From the NCBI GenBank assembly GCA_021809925.1, contig JAJZJV010000002.1, positions 7,666-71,665 of the forward strand: a stretch of DNA of 64,000 nt, in the 5' to 3' direction. The translations under genes were made by a program, and so were the position numbers. This DNA is from Candidatus Micrarchaeota archaeon (lineage in GTDB: Archaea > Micrarchaeota > Micrarchaeia > Micrarchaeales > CABMGC01). The notes under the pieces were generated by a model that did not search any database, had not been told where the DNA came from, and worked only from the letters and a program-made list of their open reading frames with translations. Below are positions 53,934 to 63,427 of this stretch, piece after piece (within the stretch, counting starts at the first letter, position 1; the number at the start of each line of letters is the position of its first letter).

Positions 53934-54974
53934 TTATTTATTTTTCTTTACCTTTGAAGTATCCCCACTCTTCATTGCGAGCTTCACGGATCCTGTTCCA
54001 AGCGGAATGAGTTTCCCGACAAGAATGTTCTCAGTAACCCCGCTCATCGGATCTATTTCGCCGAACGCAGCAGCGTTTATCAGGTGCTTGACGGTCTCTT
54101 CATAAGCAGCTCGTGCCAGTACCGAATTCTTCTGTCCTGAGAGGCCATGCCTGCCTATGCCTTTTATCGTGCCGCTTGACGTCATCGCATCAGCTATGAG
54201 CAGAAGATGCCTATGGTCTACTGTTATAGACTGCTCAGATAGAGTATGCATCAATTCCTTTGCAAGGGTATATCTTGCGGATTCTATTCCAAATTGCTTG
54301 TACATGGCAAATACGTCGTTAGTGTATAGCCGGTATTTGTCAACTCCTGCCACATCCATTATTGCGCCAAGATTATTCCCTGTAGCTATTATGAAGTATT
54401 CGCCGGTTTTTTTATCCTGCTGTATTATTGCTTTCCCGACCCCTTCTATCCCGCTTATCACTGACCTCATCATCCTTACTCCGGTGTTCCTTATTATTTT
54501 CATGTTTGTTGTCTGAAGTCTGACTGTGACTGCGTCTTCATCGGCTTCCGCCTCGACTTCGAAGAGTTTCTCAATCTTTGAGGCGATCTGTTTTGAGGTT
54601 AGGCCAGCGGCTTCGAGCTCCTGGCTGTTCAGGAAAAACTTGATGCGCTTCTTAGGAAAGTTCTCGACGAACCTCCTCACTATGTTCTGCATCTTTACCT
54701 CGTTTATCTTCTTGGCTATAGCTTCCACTTTCTCGAAATCTTTTTTAGCCCCGTCTTCGATGTAAACATAAGTTATTGGAGTTGTAGGCCTTTTCTTGGC
54801 ATCGACAAGCTCTGCAAGCCTTGGAAGCCCAGAGGTAGTGACTGTTGCTTCTATTCCTGCAAAGTGGAAGAGCCTCAGAATCATCTGTGTTCCTGGTTCA
54901 CCCACAGATTGGGCCGCGATCATTCCAACAGGTTCTCCATATTGGACATTATAATTATTTGATTTTTTTGCCAT
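53934..54974 (-). CDS. rpoA2: DNA-directed RNA polymerase subunit A'' (Rpo1C)
   Basis: GEPVGMIAAQSVGEPGTQM motif. The ATG at 54974 lies 4 nt after the A' stop. The track ORF extends to 55010. Confidence 0.93.
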   Translation of the reverse strand: MAKKSNNYNVQYGEPVGMIAAQSVGEPGTQMILRLFHFAGIEATVTTSGLPRLAELVDAKKRPTTPITYVYIEDGAKKDFEKVEAIAKKINEVKMQNIVRRFVENFPKKRIKFFLNSQELEAAGLTSKQIASKIEKLFEVEAEADEDAVTVRLQTTNMKIIRNTGVRMMRSVISGIEGVGKAIIQQDKKTGEYFIIATGNNLGAIMDVAGVDKYRLYTNDVFAMYKQFGIESARYTLAKELMHTLSEQSITVDHRHLLLIADAMTSSGTIKGIGRHGLSGQKNSVLARAAYEETVKHLINAAAFGEIDPMSGVTENILVGKLIPLGTGSVKLAMKSGDTSKVKKNK

Positions 54975-54978
54975 TTTA

Positions 54979-57534
54979 TCACTTGCTCTCTTTCTCTTCC
55001 AACTCAGCAAATTGGGAGTTTACAGGATTTATAAGGTCTCCGCCATAAATAGTCTGAATCAGGTTGTTGTTCGCATCCCTTACGCTCTCGTCAGATGTTA
55101 CATAAAAGTCCTGAAGTGCATTTGAGAGTCTTCTGTAAAGATAACCGCTTCTTGTGATTAGGAGATATTTGTACACCTCAGAGACCCTAGAACCGACGCC
55201 GTGCATGAATAGATCTATGGGAGATAAACCCATGTAAAAGTTCGTTGTTACGAATCCATGTGCTGTAGGCCCTATGTCGTTTGGAGCTATGTGCGGGAGC
55301 ACTCTTCCAGTATAGTATCCTCTCTTTATCCTGCCTCCGCTTAGCGTTGCCTGCTGTCCGAGAAACATCGTCATCTGCTCAAGGTTTAGCATGTTTCCTC
55401 TTGATCCTGCGAATGTCATCTGCATGGCACTGTTTGTAGGATCCTCGTTCTTTGAAAGAGAGACTTCTGCCTTGCTTCTTGCAACATTGAGCTCTGCGAT
55501 GATCATCCTCTCCAATGAGTCACGCATTGTATATCCAAGAAGGGGTTCGAGCTTCTTGATCTTGTACTGGTCCACCATTGATGAAGCATTATCGAGTGTC
55601 TCCCGTATTATCCTCCCCCTGTCTTCCTGCAGCTTTGAATTTGGCGCATACTCCTTGACTCCTACTGTTACTCCTGCAAGAGTGACATATGCATCAGCAA
55701 CCTTTGATGAGACGAATATGAAGGTCTTCAAGACATCTTCGCCGTAATCCATGGCTATCTTGACAAAGAGCCTGTTTCCGCCGCCATATGTGGCTTTGGT
55801 AACAACCCCTTTCTGAAGGATTCCGTTCTTTATAACAAAGTCGCCTCTCTTTGTCTTCTCCTCGAAGTTCAGCCCTTTTGGAAGAAGCATTGAGAAGACA
55901 TCTTTTCCCTTGTATTTTCCATTCTTATCCGGCTTTGGTAATTCATATATGCCAGCTATGCCAAGCAGATATGCTGCCTCGTCGTTTGTAAGGTATGTAT
56001 CATCTTTTGTAAGGAAGTACATCCCAGTGATTCCGTCCTCAGAATTCGTTATTATTGCGTCGCCGTCTCTTGGCGAGAATATATGATGCTTCACTTCCAT
56101 CAGGTAGAAAGCCTCTGCCTGGGCTTCGAGGCTTTGGGGAACGTGCAGGTTCATTTCATCTCCGTCGAAGTCTGCATTGTAAGGCTTTGTAACACAGAAA
56201 TTAATCCTGAAGGTTTTATCTGGAAGAACCTTAACTCTGTGAGCTAGTATCGATAGCCTGTGAAGTGATGGCTGCCTGTTGAATAGCACTATATCTCCAT
56301 CCATCAGTTGCCTCTCCAATATGTGGCCAGGCTGGACCTCTTTGAGAAGGTCTTCCCTGTTGATATCGAGAATCCTCTTCCTCTTTCCATCTTTTGATAC
56401 CATATTAAGTATTGTAGGATACTCTGTCCTTGAAAGGAGCTCCTTTGCCTTTTCTATATTCCAATTCGTAACATAGAATGGAACTGTGAGCTTTGATGCA
56501 ATCTCCAAAGGCACTCCAACTTCATCTATATTTATGTAAGGGTCTACGCTTATAACCGTTCTTGCAGAATAATTGACCCTCTTTCCGCTCAGGTTGTATC
56601 TGAATCTTCCTTCCTTGCCCTTTAGCCTTTGGGCCAATGTCTTAAGTGATCTGCCGCTCCTATGCCTTGCTGGAGGAATTCCTGATGTCTCGTTGTTGAA
56701 ATAGGAAGTTACGTGATACTGCAGAAGTTCCCAGAGGTCATCTATTATTATCTGGGGAGCTCCAGCATTTATGTTCTGGTCAAGCCTCTGGTTTATTCGT
56801 ATTATGTCTACAAGCTTGTGCGTTAGATCATCTTCGCTCCTCTCTCCAGATTCAAGAGTTATCGAGGGCCTGACGTTGACTGGAGGCACGAGCAGAAGGC
56901 TTAGCACCAGCCAGGAGGGCTTGCTTGCTTCAGGATCTATTCCTAGAATTCTTAGGTCACTATCGTCTATCTTCTCAAGCATGTCACGTATCTCATCTGG
57001 CCTTAGCCTTCTCTCGTCTATATAGAAATATGTGGGAGATGAAAATCTGAGCTTGCCCTGGACCTCGCCGCAATGCGGACATTTCTTGAGGTTCTTGAGC
57101 TTTTTTATTGATGATGTTTGCTCCTCTGACTGCTCATCGTGGATATGCCCAGAATCAAATCCTTCATCCAAGATCTCCTTGTTCTTTGCTTTGAATATCT
57201 CTATCTGTTCGTCATTGAGAAGTATCCTTCCGCAGCGCTTGCATGTTGTCTGGAGAAGCATGTATATTATCTTTGAGAATTCGGAGTGTATTACTGGCCT
57301 GACAAGCTCGATGTGCCCGAAGTGTCCAGGGCAGGTCTTTGCCCTAGCCCCACAAGTCTTACATATCAATCCTGGATCTATAACTCCAAGGCGCTGGTCC
57401 AAAAGGCCCCCGTCTATAGGATATCCATCCTCGTTGTAGGTGTCAGGTATGTTGAGCTTCACAACGCTTAGCTTCTTTATTTGCTCTGGGGCAATTGTTC
57501 CAAATTTTATATCGTTTATTATTTCAGCTTGCAT
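54979..57534 (-). CDS. rpoA1: DNA-directed RNA polymerase subunit A' (Rpo1N)
   Basis: Zinc site CKTCGARAKTCPGHFGHIEL and catalytic NADFDGDEMNLH. The ATG at 57534 is preceded by AGGTGG. The track start at 57543 is a GTG. Confidence 0.95.
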   Translation of the reverse strand: MQAEIINDIKFGTIAPEQIKKLSVVKLNIPDTYNEDGYPIDGGLLDQRLGVIDPGLICKTCGARAKTCPGHFGHIELVRPVIHSEFSKIIYMLLQTTCKRCGRILLNDEQIEIFKAKNKEILDEGFDSGHIHDEQSEEQTSSIKKLKNLKKCPHCGEVQGKLRFSSPTYFYIDERRLRPDEIRDMLEKIDDSDLRILGIDPEASKPSWLVLSLLLVPPVNVRPSITLESGERSEDDLTHKLVDIIRINQRLDQNINAGAPQIIIDDLWELLQYHVTSYFNNETSGIPPARHRSGRSLKTLAQRLKGKEGRFRYNLSGKRVNYSARTVISVDPYINIDEVGVPLEIASKLTVPFYVTNWNIEKAKELLSRTEYPTILNMVSKDGKRKRILDINREDLLKEVQPGHILERQLMDGDIVLFNRQPSLHRLSILAHRVKVLPDKTFRINFCVTKPYNADFDGDEMNLHVPQSLEAQAEAFYLMEVKHHIFSPRDGDAIITNSEDGITGMYFLTKDDTYLTNDEAAYLLGIAGIYELPKPDKNGKYKGKDVFSMLLPKGLNFEEKTKRGDFVIKNGILQKGVVTKATYGGGNRLFVKIAMDYGEDVLKTFIFVSSKVADAYVTLAGVTVGVKEYAPNSKLQEDRGRIIRETLDNASSMVDQYKIKKLEPLLGYTMRDSLERMIIAELNVARSKAEVSLSKNEDPTNSAMQMTFAGSRGNMLNLEQMTMFLGQQATLSGGRIKRGYYTGRVLPHIAPNDIGPTAHGFVTTNFYMGLSPIDLFMHGVGSRVSEVYKYLLITRSGYLYRRLSNALQDFYVTSDESVRDANNNLIQTIYGGDLINPVNSQFAELEEKESK

Positions 57535-57543
57535 AAATACCAC

Positions 57544-59400
57544 CTACTCTTTCAACCTTACCTTTGGAAGTATGTGCAGGGACTTGATCTCGTCAAGCAG
57601 AACCTTGAATGCGTAGCTTAGCTCGACTCCGACAAGATCGCCATTCGTGCATATAGGACAGACTGGCATTCTCTTTATGTAGTCGTAGTAGCCCATGCTT
57701 CCGCAGGACTTGCATACTAGCACCTCTGTCTTATCGCTCTGATCTAGGAGACGCTCCTTAAGAAGAAGCGTTGCTCCATGGCCTATAAGCGCATCCCTTT
57801 CCATTTCTCCGAATCTGAGGGCTCCCTGCCTGGCTTTGCCTTCCGTAGGCTGATGTGTTAATATCTGAACCTTTCCTCTCCCTCTAACTTGCATCTTATT
57901 GCTTACCATGTGATATAATCTATTGTAATAAACAACGCCTGTGAATATCTTTGCCTTGAACTCTCTGCCAGTTATTCCGTCATATAATGTCTCGTCTCCG
58001 AACTCATCGAATCCATATCTCTTAAGCACATCCCCATACTCTTTCATTCTTGCCTTGCCTTCCGTTATGAAGCCTGTGCCGTCGATCTTCTTACCGTTAA
58101 GTGAGCCTGCTTTGCCTGCAAGCATCTCCAGCAGATGTCCGAATGTAAGTCTTGTGGGTATGCTGTGTGGATTTAGAAGAAGGTCTGGAACTATTCCACT
58201 CTCTGTGAAAGGCATATCTGCCTGATTTGCTATAAGCGCAACTACTCCTTTCTGTCCGTGCCTGCTGGCAAACTTGTCCCCTTTCTCAGGAACCCTTAAG
58301 CTCCTTACACGGATCTTTACAATCCTTGTTGCTCCTGTGGACTCAGTTACTATTATGCTATCAACTACCCCCTCCTCTCCTGTCTTAAGCATTGTGGAGT
58401 CTTCTCTTGTCTTCTCTTCAAGGCCTCCGGCACCTATATTTTCTTCCAGGAATCTTGGAGGAGCGACCTTTCCTATCAGCACATCGCCTTCCTTTACCTC
58501 CATCTCTGGCTCTATGATCCCATCTTCGCTGAGTTTTGAGTAGACATGCTCACCCATATATCCTTCGGCTGTTGGTGGGGGTATCCTGAATCTGTCCTTT
58601 TGCCCTCCAGGATATCTTCTCTCCTCGTCGGAATAGGATTTGTAGAACATGCTTCTTCCCATGCCCCTGTCTACTGACGCCTTGTTTATGACAACTGCAT
58701 CTGACATATTATATCCATAGTATGTTGACAATGCGACTACGAGATTCTGGCCACTGGGGTGGGATTTGATTCCTGCTGCCCTGTACGCAGAGGTTGAGAC
58801 TATTGGAACCTGTGGATAGTAAAGTATGTAAGATCTTGAATCGAATCTAATGTTAAAGTTGGATGAGTATAGCCCCTCAGATTGCTTTATGAAGTTTGCA
58901 AGCATTGTGTGCCTTGCAAGGCTGTTGTGCTCTGGGAAAGGAGACGTACTTACAGTAAAACCGAAGACAGAAACAAGATCCATCTCTAGATGGGTAACAT
59001 CTTTTGTTATGTCTTTCTCGCTGAGAGCTATAAGCGCATTCTCTTCCTCTTCTGCATCGAGATATTCTATTATGCCATTCCTTATTAGATAGGTAAAATT
59101 GATTTCCTTGCTCTTTATTTTTGCAAGCATATCCTCTGTTAGTTTTGAGCTTCCATTCTCAACTATTATATAAGGCTTCCTTATCCTTCCCCGGTCTGTG
59201 TTTATATTGATGGTGTTTAGCTTTTCCATGAAGGCGACATTGACCTCTCCTGAGATCAAGCCCTTTCGTCTCGTCTTTCTTACTTCGTTAACAAAGGATA
59301 TAGGATCCTCAACGAAGCCGATAACTTTTCCGTTGAGATACACATATGATTTTTCTTGTGCTTTCAAACAATCACCAATCACGCTTCTTTTATGCTGCAT
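57544..59400 (-). CDS. rpoB1: DNA-directed RNA polymerase subunit B' (C-terminal part of split Rpo2)
   Basis: GDKFASRHGQKGV, the LTHQPTEGKARQGALRFGEMERD region and the C-terminal zinc ribbon CKSCGS...CPIC. An alternative GTG start at 59382 forms a GTGA overlap with the B'' stop. Confidence 0.95.
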   Translation of the reverse strand: MQHKRSVIGDCLKAQEKSYVYLNGKVIGFVEDPISFVNEVRKTRRKGLISGEVNVAFMEKLNTININTDRGRIRKPYIIVENGSSKLTEDMLAKIKSKEINFTYLIRNGIIEYLDAEEEENALIALSEKDITKDVTHLEMDLVSVFGFTVSTSPFPEHNSLARHTMLANFIKQSEGLYSSNFNIRFDSRSYILYYPQVPIVSTSAYRAAGIKSHPSGQNLVVALSTYYGYNMSDAVVINKASVDRGMGRSMFYKSYSDEERRYPGGQKDRFRIPPPTAEGYMGEHVYSKLSEDGIIEPEMEVKEGDVLIGKVAPPRFLEENIGAGGLEEKTREDSTMLKTGEEGVVDSIIVTESTGATRIVKIRVRSLRVPEKGDKFASRHGQKGVVALIANQADMPFTESGIVPDLLLNPHSIPTRLTFGHLLEMLAGKAGSLNGKKIDGTGFITEGKARMKEYGDVLKRYGFDEFGDETLYDGITGREFKAKIFTGVVYYNRLYHMVSNKMQVRGRGKVQILTHQPTEGKARQGALRFGEMERDALIGHGATLLLKERLLDQSDKTEVLVCKSCGSMGYYDYIKRMPVCPICTNGDLVGVELSYAFKVLLDEIKSLHILPKVRLKE

Positions 59401-60848
59401 ATCTTCTTGAGCTCGTCAGCAGTGAGCTTCTCGTCAGCTCCTACGCTGACCTTTGCCATTACCGCAAGATACTTTGTGAGTCCGACCTCCTGTCCTTCAG
59501 GGGTCTCTGATGGGCAGATCTTACCCCACTGAGTCCCATGAACATCTCTGGCCTTGAAGTGAGGATGCTTCTTTGTCAATGGAGATTTTACCCTCCTGAG
59601 ATGAGTATAAGTACTTATCAAGTTTGTTCTCTCTAGAACCTGCGAGACGCCAGTCTGCCCTGCGACCCATGTTCCAGTCCCCATTGCATAGGCCATCTTC
59701 TCTGTGAGCGTGTCTGGGCTTATTATTGACTGTATGCTGAGCCTTCTGCCTCTAGCACTTGACCTTTCTACTTGGTATTTGACTTCCTTGACGAAGAATC
59801 TGAACGCATATGCAAATAAGTCTTCCATCAGCTCTCCGGCAAACTTTACTCTCTTATTTGCGAAATGGTCCTTGTCGTCTTGTTTTGCCATCCTGTTAGC
59901 TATTATTGTGGATTTCCTTGCCATCTGCATAAGATACTTTGCCTTAGCCAGCCTATCCTCTGAACCATTGCCCATGTGTGGCAGTAGATATGTATCGAGC
60001 TGCATTTCTGCTCTCTTCTGCTGATATTCCTTTGCCTGGGCAGGAGCTGCAAGCTTGCCGACCTCTATGAGCGCCTCGCTCGGAGGAAGTTCCTTGGCGT
60101 CGCTTAGCTCCAGATTTAGAAGTACATCGTTCTTGAAAGCATTGAACTCGCTTGCATATTCTATTATATCTTTTGCCTGGAGACCGAGAGACCTAAGCAT
60201 CAGTATCATATTTATGGGTTTTGAAGTTGTTGGAAAATCAACTTCAAACAATCCACTTTGGTTCCTTGAGACAGCACATTTTGCCCTGAATCCAGGAGTT
60301 GTTGAGAAGACCTGACTCCTAACCTTTGTGCCCTTCTTCTCCCTGGTTGTTATTATCCTATTTGACGCAACATCTTCGAGGCCTATGAGGACTCTCTCGA
60401 CTCCTTTTATTATGAAGTATCCTCCAGGGTCTTCCGGGTCCTCGCCATTTTCTACTACCTGACTCTTCGCCATGGTTTTGAGGTGGCAGAGTGAGCTTCT
60501 CACCATTATTGGAAGCTCCCCGACAAAGACCTCTCCATAAGAGGCTGCTTTCTCAATGCCCCTTATCACAGGCACTACTTCTATGAATATTGGTGCAGAA
60601 TAAGATAAATTTCTCAGGCGGGACTCGTTTGGAGTTATGCTTCGCCTTGAGCTGTCCGCTTCTATTACAGACGGTTTATCCAGCCTTACGCTTCCGAGCT
60701 TCAGTGCAAAGCCCTCGACACCAGGCTCGATTATGTTCTGTGTGCTTACTACTTTCTGCAATCCACCGTCGATAAACCTGTTAAAACTCTCAACCTGGTG
60801 CTGTACCAAGGAAGCAGGGTTAAGATAAGATTCTAGCAAACCATCCAT
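59379..60848 (-). CDS. rpoB2: DNA-directed RNA polymerase subunit B'' (N-terminal part of split Rpo2)
   Basis: 489 aa. The N-terminal Rpo2 protrusion/lobe sequence is LVQHQVESFNRFIDGGLQKVV.... It ends just where B' begins. Confidence 0.95.
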   Translation of the reverse strand: MDGLLESYLNPASLVQHQVESFNRFIDGGLQKVVSTQNIIEPGVEGFALKLGSVRLDKPSVIEADSSRRSITPNESRLRNLSYSAPIFIEVVPVIRGIEKAASYGEVFVGELPIMVRSSLCHLKTMAKSQVVENGEDPEDPGGYFIIKGVERVLIGLEDVASNRIITTREKKGTKVRSQVFSTTPGFRAKCAVSRNQSGLFEVDFPTTSKPINMILMLRSLGLQAKDIIEYASEFNAFKNDVLLNLELSDAKELPPSEALIEVGKLAAPAQAKEYQQKRAEMQLDTYLLPHMGNGSEDRLAKAKYLMQMARKSTIIANRMAKQDDKDHFANKRVKFAGELMEDLFAYAFRFFVKEVKYQVERSSARGRRLSIQSIISPDTLTEKMAYAMGTGTWVAGQTGVSQVLERTNLISTYTHLRRVKSPLTKKHPHFKARDVHGTQWGKICPSETPEGQEVGLTKYLAVMAKVSVGADEKLTADELKKICSIKEA

Positions 60849-60887
60849 ACTATCACAGATACCGCTTAAATATTAGGGCAGAGGCAC

Positions 60888-61124
60888 TTAACCCTCCACT
60901 ACGAGCCTGTAATAAAGATACTCGTTTCCGAAGTCCGTCCTGTGAACTTTTATTATCTGTCCTGGCTTAGCACTCAGCTTTTTCGCCTGAGGGTCACTCG
61001 TGAAAATTTTTGGCAGATTATTCTGCGTTATGTTCATTTTTTCAAAGAGGGACCTAACCTCCTTCTCATCCATGATCTCGTGTACTGGAACTAATTCGTG
61101 GTCGCTCTTCAAAGCTACACCCAA
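60888..61124 (-). CDS. rpoH: DNA-directed RNA polymerase subunit H (Rpo5)
   Basis: HELVPVHEIMDEKEVRSLFEKMNITQNNLPKIFTSDPQAKKLSAKPGQIIKVHR...YYRLVV. There is no ATG upstream of the conserved HxLVP, so the start must be a TTG (61124 or 61112). Confidence 0.9.
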   Translation of the reverse strand: MGVALKSDHELVPVHEIMDEKEVRSLFEKMNITQNNLPKIFTSDPQAKKLSAKPGQIIKVHRTDFGNEYLYYRLVVEG

Positions 61125-61235
61125 AACAAGCGCTAAGACTAAGTATGCAACGCAGACGTTATTAAGTATTATATGAAAACATTTATATATCTTCTTGTAG
61201 TAAGAAAGTTTCTTTACTTTGCAGGGCGTGTTGCA

Positions 61236-61577
61236 TTACTGCCTTAGTTCTCTAGAAAGCTCTTCGAGATGTCCTTTGCCAACTTTCCTTACCACGCCTT
61301 CAGAGCACTTTTCCATTATGTCAGAGATTAGCGCTGGCCCTTGTCCAAGGAAGAGGGCAGGAGCAATTATGGATCCGTAACTCGAGGATATTCCAGCAGC
61401 AGAAGGCTCAGCAGCCAAGAAAACATTTGAAGGAAGGATTACTGAGATATCATATCTCTTGATTATGGCAGATGCCAACTTAGGAACCTCTGCTTGAAAT
61501 GAGAATGCAGATAATGGTACGCTGGGAGAGGACATCTCAATCGTATTGAGAACATCTGCGATATTGCAGGAGAGCAC
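61236..61577 (-). CDS. Hypothetical protein (113-aa ORF with GTG start), possibly the C-terminal remnant of a decayed larger gene
   Basis: The open frame contains SVILPSNVFLAAEPSAAGISSSYGSIIAPALFLGQGPALISDIMEKCSEGVVRKVGKGHLEELSREL. No family was recognised. See the finding on 61578-62051. Confidence 0.35.
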   Translation of the reverse strand: MLSCNIADVLNTIEMSSPSVPLSAFSFQAEVPKLASAIIKRYDISVILPSNVFLAAEPSAAGISSSYGSIIAPALFLGQGPALISDIMEKCSEGVVRKVGKGHLEELSRELRQ

Positions 61578-62051
61578 CCTTTGGATAGTATTTGGATTTT
61601 GGCAGAGCTAAAGAACTGTCAGGATATTCCCCAGATGCGCCATTTTGTTGCATTGCATATTCAATCAGTATTCTCGACATTAGGAAAGAAAGTGTGCAGT
61701 TTCGTATCAACAAGCTCTTCGAAAATATGGCTTGATCTCTGCATATTGAATGTGATTTCTTGATGTTGTGAAAGAATAAGCAGATTTTCGAGTGAGATGT
61801 GGATCTTGCCGTCCTGATAAGTCACTATTACATTTTATGATTCTGCTGAAGTTATGGTAATCTCTGGCCCAATTAAAGCATATTTAGAGTCTTAAGGCGA
61901 TCATGCGTCAGTGTGTTGCTGTGAACTCCGTTGAGTTTCTAACCTAGCCCATATTCCTATTTGCCAGAATTTTTGCATTTGGATCGTCTTGTAGGTAGTG
62001 GCAAGAACCAGAACAATCATATTATAAAGTGTTTTTCAGATATTTGATGGT

Positions 62052-62972
62052 ATGTTGACTGGTAGGGATATCATATCTATATCAGATCTCTCGATTGAAG
62101 AGATATTTGAGATCTTCGGAGCTGCTGAGAGGTTATCTAAGGCAGTTACTGGTAGAGGCATTGATCTTCTAAAAGGGAGGGTGCTTGCCTCATTATTCTT
62201 TGAACCGAGTACAAGAACAAGGCTCTCCTTTGAGAGTGCCATGGCGAAGCTCGGAGGCACATCAATAAGCATCTCGGATCCCGCCAGCTCGTCTTTGTCA
62301 AAGGGAGAGACACTTGCAGATACCATCAAGATAATAGATTCGTACAGCGATGTGATTGTTATAAGGCACCCGAAGGACGGTGCAGCCAAACTGGCTTCAA
62401 GATTTGCTGAGCATCCAGTTATTAATGCTGGAGATGGAGCAGGACAGCACCCAACGCAAACCCTGCTTGACCTTTTCACAATGTGGAAGGAAAAGAAGGA
62501 GATATCAGGATTGAATGTTGGCATAGTCGGCGACCTTCGGTATGGAAGGACTGTGCACTCGCTTGCAATAGCCCTTGTAAGGATGGGCGCAAACCTCTTT
62601 CTTATATCCCCAGAAGAGTTGGCAATGCCATCTCATCTCCTAAGGGCTATCTCTGTTGAGTCCTCTCCGAAGATATCCAACAGCCTGGAAAGGATAATTC
62701 CGAATCTTGATGTCGTTTATGCGACAAGGATACAGAAGGAAAGGTTCCCGGATGAGGCGGAATACCTTAAGGTTGCAGATTCCTATAAGATAAACGCAAA
62801 ACTGCTTAGTAAAGGAAAAGAGGATGTGATCGTGATGCACCCTCTGCCAAGGGTGAATGAGATAGACTCAGAAGTAGACTCGACAAAATACGCCAAATAT
62901 TTTGACCAGGCAAAGAATGGGGTTCCGGTAAGGATGGCCATTCTCAGCAAGATTCTTGGTGAGGAGTATTGA
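62052..62972 (+). CDS. pyrB: Aspartate carbamoyltransferase catalytic subunit
   Basis: FFEPSTRTRLSFESA, GQHPTQ and MHPLPR motifs. It is 306 aa. Confidence 0.95.
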   Translation: MLTGRDIISISDLSIEEIFEIFGAAERLSKAVTGRGIDLLKGRVLASLFFEPSTRTRLSFESAMAKLGGTSISISDPASSSLSKGETLADTIKIIDSYSDVIVIRHPKDGAAKLASRFAEHPVINAGDGAGQHPTQTLLDLFTMWKEKKEISGLNVGIVGDLRYGRTVHSLAIALVRMGANLFLISPEELAMPSHLLRAISVESSPKISNSLERIIPNLDVVYATRIQKERFPDEAEYLKVADSYKINAKLLSKGKEDVIVMHPLPRVNEIDSEVDSTKYAKYFDQAKNGVPVRMAILSKILGEEY

Positions 62973-63427
62973 TGGAAGAGCTTAAAATAGAAAAGATAAA
63001 GGAGGGTACGGTCATAGACCACATACCAAAAGGCAATGCAATCAATGTGATTAAAATATTAGGAATATGCAGCGATTCAAGCGCCAGCATAGGCATAAAT
63101 GTACCGAGCAGTAGGATGGGAAGCAAAGACATAATCAAGATAGAGGGAAGATCATTAAGCGCCACAGAAATTGCCAAACTCTCCATGGTAGCACCAAAAG
63201 CTACAATCAATCAGATAAGGAATTATAAAGTAGAGATTAAGAGCAATGTTGATCTTCCTGAAAGAGTTATTGGAATAGTGAGATGCATCAACACGCGATG
63301 TATAACAAGAGCCATGGAACCAATAAAAAGCGAGTTTTATATAGTTGCATCTGAGCCGATGACGATCAGATGTATCTATTGCGAGATAGAGATGAATGGC
63401 AATATGATACACGACAATATTATCTGA
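62969..63427 (+). CDS. pyrI: Aspartate carbamoyltransferase regulatory subunit
   Basis: LKIEKIKEGTVIDHIP and the zinc domain CINTRCIT...CIYCE. There is a 4-nt ATGA overlap with pyrB. Confidence 0.93.
   Translation: MMEELKIEKIKEGTVIDHIPKGNAINVIKILGICSDSSASIGINVPSSRMGSKDIIKIEGRSLSATEIAKLSMVAPKATINQIRNYKVEIKSNVDLPERVIGIVRCINTRCITRAMEPIKSEFYIVASEPMTIRCIYCEIEMNGNMIHDNII

Noticed and set aside
61578-62051. tRNA, C/D-box sRNA or other structured RNA in the long gap upstream of pyrB
   Set aside because: I found no cloverleaf, no RUGAUGA/CUGA box pair and no extended helices. It is kept as a finding only as a possible decayed gene.
62036-62524. 162-aa minus-strand ORF
   Set aside because: It is antisense to pyrB, which has all the carbamoyltransferase motifs.
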